This document shows, one piece after another, positions 1-7,377 of a stretch of 47,862 bases of DNA (within the stretch, counting starts at the first letter, position 1; every line of letters starts with the position of its first letter). Under the pieces are notes generated by a model. The model saw only the letters and a program-made list of their open reading frames with translations, had not been told where the DNA came from and made no database searches. The position numbers and the translations under genes were made by a program. The DNA lies in NCBI GenBank assembly GCA_017560565.1, contig JAFZET010000298.1, positions 1 to 47,862 on the forward strand. The letters are read 5' to 3'. Source of the DNA: Clostridia bacterium. GTDB taxonomy: Bacteria; Bacillota; Clostridia; Oscillospirales; CAG-272.

Positions 1-1068
1 GAAATTCAGGAAATTCGTTTCGCTAAACTGCGGAACCAGATGGAAGAAAGAGGACTGGACGCCGTATATGTACGTTCTGCGGAAAACCATCTGTATATGT
101 CCCATTTTGACAATCCGGACGGAAATCTGTTCCTTACCAAAACAGATGGCTGGGTGTTCGCCGATTTCCGGTATACGGAAGCCGCCAAAGAAGCTTCCTT
201 CCCCTGTCTCCATGTGTGTGAACCCGGCAAACCCAAGCTGGAAGAGCTGGTCGTCAGCGAAAACTGCAAGCGGGTGGGATATGAAGACGGTTCGCTGACC
301 TGCGCCGCTCTGGCAGATCTGAAAAAGAGAATGCCTGATGTGGAATGGGTTCCCACCGGAAATATGTTCGCTCTGATCCGTGCCTCCAAGACACAGGACG
401 AAGTGGACTCCATCATCGCCGCACAGCGGATCGCCGAAGGGGCATTCCATCATCTGATGAAGATGATACACTACGATATGACCGAAATCGAAGTGGCGGC
501 TGAGCTGGAATACTACATGAAGAAGAACGGCAGTGAAAAGCCCTCTTTCGATACCATTGCTGTTTCCGGTACCGCATCCGCCAGACCCCACGGCGTACCC
601 CGTCCGGTGAAGCTGGAAAAGGGCTTTCTGACCATGGACTACGGCGCTGTGGTAAACGGTTATCATTCCGACATGACCCGTACCATCTGCATCGGCAAGG
701 CGGACGATACCCAGAAGAAGCTGTATAATACCGTTCTGCAGGCACAGCTGGCCGCTCTGGATGTGGCTGCTCTGGGCGTGAAGAATGCCGACATTGACAA
801 GGCTGCCCGTGATCTGATCGATGCCACCGAATTCAAAGGTACCTTCGGCCACAGCCTGGGTCACGGCGTAGGTCTGCTGATCCACGAAAGCCCCAGCGTG
901 TCCCAGTGGTCCGGAGATGCTGTTCTCCACGCAGGAGAAATCATCACTGTGGAACCCGGTATCTATCTGGAAGGCAAATACGGCTGCCGGATCGAGGATA
1001 TGCTTTGGATCACCGAAAACGGCAAGGTCAACCTGACAAACTGTCCCAAGGAACTGATCGAAATCTGA
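1..1068 (+). CDS. M24B-family Xaa-Pro aminopeptidase/dipeptidase, probably 5'-partial
   Basis: The frame is open from base 1; EIQEIRFAKLRNQ precedes the listed Met at 40. A creatinase/prolidase-like N-terminal region is followed by M24 pita-bread metal-ligand motifs (DYGAVVNGYHSDMTRT, HSLGHGVGLLIHESP, EPGIY...GCRIED). Confidence 0.85.
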   Translation, partial: EIQEIRFAKLRNQMEERGLDAVYVRSAENHLYMSHFDNPDGNLFLTKTDGWVFADFRYTEAAKEASFPCLHVCEPGKPKLEELVVSENCKRVGYEDGSLTCAALADLKKRMPDVEWVPTGNMFALIRASKTQDEVDSIIAAQRIAEGAFHHLMKMIHYDMTEIEVAAELEYYMKKNGSEKPSFDTIAVSGTASARPHGVPRPVKLEKGFLTMDYGAVVNGYHSDMTRTICIGKADDTQKKLYNTVLQAQLAALDVAALGVKNADIDKAARDLIDATEFKGTFGHSLGHGVGLLIHESPSVSQWSGDAVLHAGEIITVEPGIYLEGKYGCRIEDMLWITENGKVNLTNCPKELIEI

Positions 1069-1077
1069 GTAACAAAC

Positions 1078-1128
1078 AAAAAACGGCTCCCGTACAGAAT
1101 TTTCATCTGTGCCGGGAGCCAATTTTTA
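1078..1128. terminator. Bidirectional intrinsic terminator between convergent genes
   Basis: Hairpin GGCTCCCG(1085-1092)/CGGGAGCC(1113-1120) with an inner ACAGA/TCTGT stem. It is flanked by an A-run upstream and a T-run downstream. Confidence 0.7.
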
Positions 1129-1135
1129 TGGGCGT

Positions 1136-2608
1136 TCAGTTCTGTTCCAGAAATTTTGCGTTGATTTCCGCCAGCTGTTCTCTGGCCATCTGTTCGTTCT
1201 TTTCGTAGCGTGAAGTGAAGTTGTCGGTGTATTCGTAGATCATGTACAGCACTTCTGCAAAGTAGTTGCCCACCTTGTAGAACCAGCCCAGGTCAAATAC
1301 ACGGGAGGACAGAATGATGTCCAGCATGGCGATGCTTTCTTCGTCACGCATATATTTGTAGTTCAGTACCTGATCGTAGTAAACCGGTGTCACGATCTCT
1401 TCGGAATAATAAGCCAGTGCTTCGATGATCATACCACTGCGCTCTGCATTGTCCATGACGGTCGGTACGCAGAAGAACATACTGTGCCAGGAGCCGACTG
1501 TACTGTGGTATTTCTGCTGGGTTACGTCATACTTGGGGTAGGGCAGGATCCCGAAATCGGCTTCCATATCCCGGAAAGAAGCCGCCAGATTCAAGAGCTG
1601 CAGATAGTACAGGCTCTGTCCGTTCTTGAACATGGAAACGGGGGTGGTGATGTCATAGCTGTCTCTCTGGTAGTTGTAGGACACATTCTTGTCGAAAGCA
1701 AAATCTGTGTACCGATCCAGTACATCCACTACGCTTTCGGTGTACAGTGTCAGCTCCAGAAGCCCCTTGTCGTTCAGGGTGGCACATTTCACACCGGTGG
1801 AGTTCACAGCCGCCATAACGGTGTCGTCCCAGGTGATGGAGCCGAAACGGTCTTCCGTAGTCATTTTACCGTCCCCGTTGGTGTCTGCGGCAACCAGCTT
1901 GGCATATTCCCACATCTTTTCAAAGGTCCATGTGCCTTCCTGTACAGAGGAATACAGATCGGTTATGCCGAAGTCTGTGGCTACCTGCTGGTTGAAGAAT
2001 ACGGCGATGGTACAGTCGTTGATGGCAGTGGATACAGCACCGGTGGTAAAGTAGGTTTTCCCGGCAATTTTCATGTCGGACACAGCATTCTGATCCCACC
2101 AGTGCTGGCTGAGATCGATGTAGGGCATGGAGGACATTTCGGCAAGGAAGTCACTCAGTACCAGGGTGCAGGCATCGTATCCTCCCACGGTAGCGGCACC
2201 GTAGGCGGCATCCCCTGCCAGCACAGAGGTGGAGATCGCCTGATACCCGGGACCCATGCTGTTGCCGTCGATGTTTCCGGAGAGTTTTTCATCGGTGATG
2301 TCCACATTGTAAAGCTCTTCCACGGCGGAGTTCCGGTCAAACACAGCATCGTTCAGCAGTTCTCCCGTCAGTTCTTCTGCGTGAAAATCGTTCTTGTCCC
2401 AGCCGGATTCGCTGTTGCCGTGTACCAGAATATGGAAATTGTGTCCGTCCCAGTCGGCTTCCGGCAGGGTATAGGCAGCTTCGGTTTCTGCAGCGGTATC
2501 GGTGACAACAGGGGCAGTTTCGACAACCTCACCGCTTCCGCAGGCAACCAGCGGCAGGGTCATGGCAGCACAGAGCAGTGCGGCTAAGATACGTTTGAAA
2601 AGTTCCAT
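1136..2608 (-). CDS. Extracellular solute-binding-protein-like lipoprotein (about 490 aa)
   Basis: Signal peptide with lipobox (MELFKRILAALLCAAMTLPLVAC|GSG). The RBS AAAGGA lies upstream. It is a clear paralog of 25069..26553. Its size and composition are typical of large family-1 sugar SBPs. Confidence 0.75.
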   Translation of the reverse strand: MELFKRILAALLCAAMTLPLVACGSGEVVETAPVVTDTAAETEAAYTLPEADWDGHNFHILVHGNSESGWDKNDFHAEELTGELLNDAVFDRNSAVEELYNVDITDEKLSGNIDGNSMGPGYQAISTSVLAGDAAYGAATVGGYDACTLVLSDFLAEMSSMPYIDLSQHWWDQNAVSDMKIAGKTYFTTGAVSTAINDCTIAVFFNQQVATDFGITDLYSSVQEGTWTFEKMWEYAKLVAADTNGDGKMTTEDRFGSITWDDTVMAAVNSTGVKCATLNDKGLLELTLYTESVVDVLDRYTDFAFDKNVSYNYQRDSYDITTPVSMFKNGQSLYYLQLLNLAASFRDMEADFGILPYPKYDVTQQKYHSTVGSWHSMFFCVPTVMDNAERSGMIIEALAYYSEEIVTPVYYDQVLNYKYMRDEESIAMLDIILSSRVFDLGWFYKVGNYFAEVLYMIYEYTDNFTSRYEKNEQMAREQLAEINAKFLEQN

Positions 2609-2630
2609 GATATGTATCCTTTCTTGTAGG

Positions 2631-3599
2631 TCAGAGTCCCAGATATTTTTCCAGAATCATACCGTATTCCACGATGGGCGGTTCGCCGTGGAGAGTATGG
2701 TATTCTTCGCAGATATAGGAAGCAAAGGTTTTGATGTGGGGTATGCCAAGGGAGGAATAGAATTCGGTATCCGCATCACAGATATCGGCATAAAACGGCA
2801 CTTTGACAGGCGGCATTTTATATCCGGAATACAGCGCATTATCCAGCCAGTATTCCAGCACATGGGTGGTTTCCGCCGAGAATACGGTCAGCAGATCTTC
2901 CAGAAGCCTGCAGTAGGCAGGGCCTCTCTGGTCTGCCGGATCGGTAAGGGGGCGTGCGTGATCTCTGTCCATGGGGGCAAATTCCAGAAATACGTTTTCT
3001 GCCGGTGCAATGTTCGGCAGGCATTTTGCGTCCGCATAGGCAAGATAGGCCGCTGTGGCTTGGGAGTCATAAGCCTTTACCCCTGCCGCAATGGCGTTGG
3101 CTGTCAGGATCCCCTGATCTGCACCGTTCAGCTTTGCCGCTCTGCATTTTTCACAGGAGCAGCCTGCTTTCGCCGCATCGTCCAGCCAGACGAAATACCG
3201 GTGGGACTTCTGCCGCAGGATTTTTGCCAGCTTGTATGCCCCTTCCGAGACCCGTTCCAGTGCTTCCGGGGAAGAGGGGCACAGATTGCAGTCGCTTGTG
3301 CGTACCCCGTCTGCGTTTACCCGGAACATGGCGGGATTCTTCGCAAACAGATCCCGGGGCAGAAGCCATTCCAGAGCGTGCAGCTCATATTCTACATCCA
3401 CACCCGCTTCTTCCAGCTTGTCAATGATCCGGCGTCCGTTTGGTTTTTCCAGAGCTTCCAGCAGGGCATCCACGCTCCCCTGACCCGGCAGAGCAATTTT
3501 ATGTACCCCCAGTGAGGTCAGATTTCCCTCACGGCACCACCGGAGCCAGTGATCGCACAGGTCTTCATACAGCAGGACAACGCCTCTTGTTGGTTTCAT
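2631..3599 (-). CDS. DUF4838-like protein (glycan-related, GH20-associated fold)
   Basis: Strong RBS AAAGGAGG. The pattern NLCPSSPEAL...VWLDDAAKAGCSCEKCR matches my memory of the DUF4838 signature (C-x-S-x-PE ... D-x-C-x-C-x2-C). There is no signal peptide. Confidence 0.55.
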   Translation of the reverse strand: MKPTRGVVLLYEDLCDHWLRWCREGNLTSLGVHKIALPGQGSVDALLEALEKPNGRRIIDKLEEAGVDVEYELHALEWLLPRDLFAKNPAMFRVNADGVRTSDCNLCPSSPEALERVSEGAYKLAKILRQKSHRYFVWLDDAAKAGCSCEKCRAAKLNGADQGILTANAIAAGVKAYDSQATAAYLAYADAKCLPNIAPAENVFLEFAPMDRDHARPLTDPADQRGPAYCRLLEDLLTVFSAETTHVLEYWLDNALYSGYKMPPVKVPFYADICDADTEFYSSLGIPHIKTFASYICEEYHTLHGEPPIVEYGMILEKYLGL

Positions 3600-6205
3600 A
3601 TTGTTCCTCCTTTGGTGACTGTATATGTTTTGTCATTCCAGAACCGCGCCAGAATCCTTTCCAGAGAATCCGGGTCTGCGGTGTATTTGATATGCTGCCA
3701 GTGGGCGGGAAACAGCAGTTTTGTCCCCGGTTCGTTGTAGCGGTCATCGATCAGCAGAACCATACCTCTGTCCGTTTCCGAGCGGATGACCCGTCCCGCC
3801 GCCTGCAGAACCTTGTTCATGCCGGGATAGATGTAGGCAAATTCCCGTCCGTTTTCCGATTTGTTCTGGTAATAGTCTGCCACCAGATTCAGCTGTGCCG
3901 AGAGCCCCGGAAGCCCGGTACCCACAATGACCGCACCGATGAGAGAGTTCCCGCGCAGGTCGATCCCTTCCGAGAACATCCCGCCCAGTACGCAGAAACC
4001 CACCAGATGGGGATACTTTCCGCTTTCAAAAGCCGCCAGGAATTTTTCTCTGTCCCCGTATCCCATGCCGGATTTCTGCTGGATGGCAGGAATATGGGGG
4101 CAGAGACGGCGGAACCATTTGTATACCGATTTCATGTAGGCATAGGAAGGGAAGTATACAATGTAGTGTCCCTCCTTTGCTTCCACTGCCCGGGCAATGA
4201 TCTCCGCTGTATCTTCCGCAGTACCTTTCCGGTCACTGTAGCGGGTGCTGATGCCGTCATAAGCAACCAGACACAGATTGTCCTTTTCATAAGGGGAGGG
4301 CAGATCCAGATAGGTACTGTGCTCCGAGCCGGTGACGCTCTGATAATACTCCGACGGAGACAGAGTGGCGGAGAAGAAGATGGAAGCTCTGGCGGCTTTC
4401 AGCATGGTATTCAGTACTCCGCCGGGATACAGACACAGGATCTGTGCAGTGACGGCTCTTTCCGCATCGGGAGGGGCATCTGCGGGCATCTCACTTTCCG
4501 CAAAGAAGCAGAACCGTTCATCCGCATATACCGCCGCATCGGTGAAGCCCTGCAGAAGCTGCCGGAAGGGAACCAGTTCCCCCGCAGACTCATGCCGGTT
4601 CCGGATCTGTTTATTCAGGTACCGGATGAGCGGCGTAAAGCGGCTGTCCAGATCGGGAAGCTGGGTGCTTTTCCAGTATCCGATCTTTTTTTCTCCTGAG
4701 CTGTCCGTTGTCAGATACGATTCCTTTTCACACAGCTTCCCCATCCGCCGGAACCATTTTTCCACCGGTACCAGTACCGATTCCAGCTCGTCATCCTCCG
4801 CAAACAGCCGGTCTTTGACCTCACGGAGCTTCCGTATATCTTTGTAAGAGAGTGAAGCGGAATACATGGCACGGGCTCTGTCGGGCAGGTTGTGGGCTTC
4901 GTCGATGAGAAAGACATATTTTTCTTTTCGTTTTGCATCCTTGAAATATCGTCTCAGGCGCATCCGGTCGTCAAAGAGATAGTTGTAGTCGCAGATCACC
5001 AGATCGCAGTATTCGCTGAGTCCCAGTGCCAGTTCGTGAGGGCAGATGTCATAAGCGGCGGCGGTTTCACGGATTTTCTCCGGTGTGTAGATCGTGCCGT
5101 TTTCCAAAAGGGAAAGCAGAGCCTCCGACTGCCGTTCCTCCCAGGACTGCCATTCCCTCGTATTGCCGGATGTACGGAAAGCACCGCTCATGCCGTGCAG
5201 AGAGGGGCAGATGGGACATTTCAGCGCCATGACCGTTTCCCCTTCAATTTCCAGAGAGGCACAGAGGTTTTCCTTGGCCAGAAGCAGGATGGCACGTATA
5301 TGGGGTGCATACCGGGAGATCCGTGCCGCCGCATCCAGTGCCGCCTTACCGGTGATGGTTTTGGCTGTGGCATAAAAGATCCGGTCACATCGTCCGCTGC
5401 CCACAGCCCGCAGTGCCGGATACAGACTGGACATGGTTTTTCCGATGCCGCAGGGGGCGGAAACAAAGAGCCTTCCGCCGTGCCGTATGGTACGTGCCGC
5501 TTCGGTGACAAAGTCCCGCTGTCCCTCCCGCACAGTGGGATAGGGAAAGGGCAGGTTTTTCAGTTCCTCAAGCCGCAGGGTGGCCCGTTCCTTTTCGATC
5601 CGCAGAAAGGGCATGGCACGCCGGAGCAGCCCCGTCACAAAGGACGAAAGCATGGCAAGAGAGAACACTGCCCGCCAGGTTCGTCTGGCACCGTCCGCCC
5701 GCCGGACAAAGGTGATAGCCACAGCGGCGCGGTTCACCTGACTGGTCTGACACAGCATAAACGCATAACAGACCGCCTGGGCAAAATGGGAGGGCACGGA
5801 AAAAGGCGTGGGATCTTCCCGGAAGCTGGCAACGGTTTTGATCTCTTCTACGGTATGGATCTGTCCGTCGAAGGCAATACTATCAGAACGCCCGTGAAGC
5901 TCGATCCGCTGTCCGTCCGTTTCCGATGCCCACGCCAGCTCCACTTCGGCACCCACATCCAGAGGTTCACTGTCATCGCTCAGACGGTCTGTCTGAAGCT
6001 GATGGTGCAGCCGGTTTCCTTCAGTAGCAGGATCGGTTTCCGGACGGATGTCACCCGGTATTTCATCAGACGGCTCATCCGCTTCCCATACCAGTCGGAA
6101 TCCGTATTTTTCTGTGGTTTTGGCAGGTCGTTCCACACTGCGGGCATAGGATGCCAGTTCGGTAACGGTGAGTAGGATGGTATCGTCACTTTTTCTGTAT
6201 TCCAC
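3596..6205 (-). CDS. ATP-dependent DNA helicase, DinG/XPD (Rad3) family, with an N-terminal PD-(D/E)XK nuclease-like domain
   Basis: Walker A (SAPCGIGKTMS) and DEAH box (IDEAHNL). Four Cys are positioned as in the XPD Fe-S module (NLCAS, KCPICPS, DICPHE). The C-terminal helicase motif is GGMFSEGIDLRGNSLIGAVIVGTGLP. The N-terminal roughly 200 aa carry GRSDSI...VEEIKT...QAVCY, which fits D...ExK...QxxxY. The start is GTG at 6205. Confidence 0.85.
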   Translation of the reverse strand: MEYRKSDDTILLTVTELASYARSVERPAKTTEKYGFRLVWEADEPSDEIPGDIRPETDPATEGNRLHHQLQTDRLSDDSEPLDVGAEVELAWASETDGQRIELHGRSDSIAFDGQIHTVEEIKTVASFREDPTPFSVPSHFAQAVCYAFMLCQTSQVNRAAVAITFVRRADGARRTWRAVFSLAMLSSFVTGLLRRAMPFLRIEKERATLRLEELKNLPFPYPTVREGQRDFVTEAARTIRHGGRLFVSAPCGIGKTMSSLYPALRAVGSGRCDRIFYATAKTITGKAALDAAARISRYAPHIRAILLLAKENLCASLEIEGETVMALKCPICPSLHGMSGAFRTSGNTREWQSWEERQSEALLSLLENGTIYTPEKIRETAAAYDICPHELALGLSEYCDLVICDYNYLFDDRMRLRRYFKDAKRKEKYVFLIDEAHNLPDRARAMYSASLSYKDIRKLREVKDRLFAEDDELESVLVPVEKWFRRMGKLCEKESYLTTDSSGEKKIGYWKSTQLPDLDSRFTPLIRYLNKQIRNRHESAGELVPFRQLLQGFTDAAVYADERFCFFAESEMPADAPPDAERAVTAQILCLYPGGVLNTMLKAARASIFFSATLSPSEYYQSVTGSEHSTYLDLPSPYEKDNLCLVAYDGISTRYSDRKGTAEDTAEIIARAVEAKEGHYIVYFPSYAYMKSVYKWFRRLCPHIPAIQQKSGMGYGDREKFLAAFESGKYPHLVGFCVLGGMFSEGIDLRGNSLIGAVIVGTGLPGLSAQLNLVADYYQNKSENGREFAYIYPGMNKVLQAAGRVIRSETDRGMVLLIDDRYNEPGTKLLFPAHWQHIKYTADPDSLERILARFWNDKTYTVTKGGTI

Positions 6206-6242
6206 AGTGCTGCCTGCCTTTCTGTCGGTTGGATTTTACCTT

Positions 6243-6271
6243 ATTATAACAGAGTCTTATCCGGCTGTCAA
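6243..6271 (-). promoter_or_regulatory. SigmaA-type promoter for the helicase operon
   Basis: Minus strand reads TTGACA (6271-6266), a 17-nt spacer, then TATAAT (6248-6243), with TGT immediately upstream of the -10 element. Confidence 0.6.
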
Positions 6272-6314
6272 TCTTCTTGGGAGATACCGGCGGAAGAAAT
6301 CCCCGACCATCCGC

Positions 6315-6343
6315 TTGACACTCTGCAGGATTTCTGTTATAAT
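6315..6343 (+). promoter_or_regulatory. SigmaA-type promoter for the Cys-rich protein gene
   Basis: TTGACA (6315-6320), a 17-nt spacer, then TATAAT (6338-6343) with an extended -10 TGT. It lies 40 nt upstream of the ATG at 6383. Confidence 0.65.
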
Positions 6344-6382
6344 GTCATAAAAATATGAATTCTGTTATAAAGGAAATATAAG

Positions 6383-7024
6383 ATGGTACTTACCCCGAAA
6401 GAAACCACCGTGGCGTACCGGTGTCCCGAATGCGGATCGCTGGTGATGAGTATGGTGGGTGTGTTTACTCTGAGCGCCGATATGATGCGTCTGAAATGCC
6501 CCTGCGAGGGTTCTGCACTGGAGATCATTTATACAAAGGATAAAAAGGTGCGGCTGAACGTGCCCTGCTTTGCCTGCCCCTCTCCCCACAGTTTTCAGAT
6601 ATCCTCCCAGATTTTTTTTGAGAAGGATCTGTTCGTCCTGCCCTGTGCCTATTCCGGGCTGGATATCTGCTTTATCGGCAAGGGGGATAAGGTACAGAAA
6701 GCCGCAAAGGAAGCGGAAGAAGAACTGATGGAGCTGCTGGGCGATACGGATTTTGAAACGTATGCCGCCGCCAGAGGTGAACGGGGAGAACTGACCGATC
6801 CGCAGGTGTACGACATTGTGCTGTATGTGATCCAGGAGCTGCAGGACGAAGGTGCCGTGCACTGTCACTGTCCCGAAGGGGAGGGTGAATATGTGGTGGA
6901 CATTCTGGCTGACATGATCCGTGTGACCTGCAGAAACTGTGCCGCCTCCGTGGAGATCCCTACCGGCAGTCTCACAGCCGCCAGAGATTTTCTGGAAACC
7001 TGCGACCGGCTGGACCTGACCTGA
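6383..7024 (+). CDS. Cys-rich zinc-ribbon-type protein of unknown function
   Basis: Its own consensus promoter and RBS (AAAGGAAAT). Metal-binding-like pairs CPEC, CPC, CFAC in the N-terminal half and HCHC, CRNC in the C-terminal half. An acidic helical linker separates the halves. Confidence 0.7.
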   Translation: MVLTPKETTVAYRCPECGSLVMSMVGVFTLSADMMRLKCPCEGSALEIIYTKDKKVRLNVPCFACPSPHSFQISSQIFFEKDLFVLPCAYSGLDICFIGKGDKVQKAAKEAEEELMELLGDTDFETYAAARGERGELTDPQVYDIVLYVIQELQDEGAVHCHCPEGEGEYVVDILADMIRVTCRNCAASVEIPTGSLTAARDFLETCDRLDLT

Positions 7025-7172
7025 TCCCGGTATGCATACCCATATTTCATTGCACATCCATCCTGCCCCCTGCATATTCTGGTAACAGAGCGGCGGAAAA
7101 CGCTCTCCGAGGGGAAACTTCCCGCGGTCGGGATGCTTCGTGCAGATGCACGGAAAAAGAAAGGGTAAAAAT

Positions 7173-7262
7173 ATGGGATGCTTCTGCAATCTTTTTGAAA
7201 ACAACGAATGGATCTGGATCCTGATCATCCTGCTGATCCTGTTCTGCTCCTGCTGTCACTGA
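7173..7262 (+). CDS. Tiny (29 aa) Cys-rich single-pass membrane peptide
   Basis: ATG at 7173 lies 7-8 nt after the purine-rich RBS GAAAGGG. Translation is MGCFCNLFENNEWIWILIILLILFCSCCH. A terminator follows at 7285-7319. It is not in the ORF track because it is shorter than 60 aa. Confidence 0.55.
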   Translation: MGCFCNLFENNEWIWILIILLILFCSCCH

Positions 7263-7284
7263 AACGGCATAGGCTGAAAAATTG

Positions 7285-7319
7285 CGGTTATCCTCCAAAC
7301 GGGGGATAGCCGTTTTTTT
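7285..7319 (+). terminator. Intrinsic terminator after the tiny ORF
   Basis: Stem CGGTTATCC (7285-7293) pairs with GGATAGCCG (7304-7312) with one G-U pair, around a 10-nt loop. A T7 run follows. Confidence 0.75.
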
Positions 7320-7327
7320 ATAGCCGA

Positions 7328-7360
7328 CAAGAAAACAGCCCTCACTGCTGAAGGCTGTTT
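7328..7360 (-). terminator. Probable terminator of the GH38 gene
   Basis: Minus strand reads AAACAGCC-12 nt-GGCTGTTT followed by TCTTG, immediately downstream of the stop at 7378. Confidence 0.5.
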
Positions 7361-7377
7361 CCCGGTTTGTATAAGAT

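Noticed and set aside
7040-7082. Sporulation-type (sigma-K or sigma-G like) promoter upstream of the tiny ORF (AC-N17-CATATTCT; GCATA...CATCCAT).
   Set aside because: These are matches to short degenerate consensus sequences only. I cannot show that the organism sporulates or uses these sigma factors. It is mentioned only as a tentative idea.
7047-7298. 83-aa minus-strand ORF (MEDNRNFSAY...).
   Set aside because: It has no RBS or promoter and an odd composition. It lies antisense to a better-supported 29-aa plus-strand ORF that has an RBS and a downstream terminator oriented for the plus strand.
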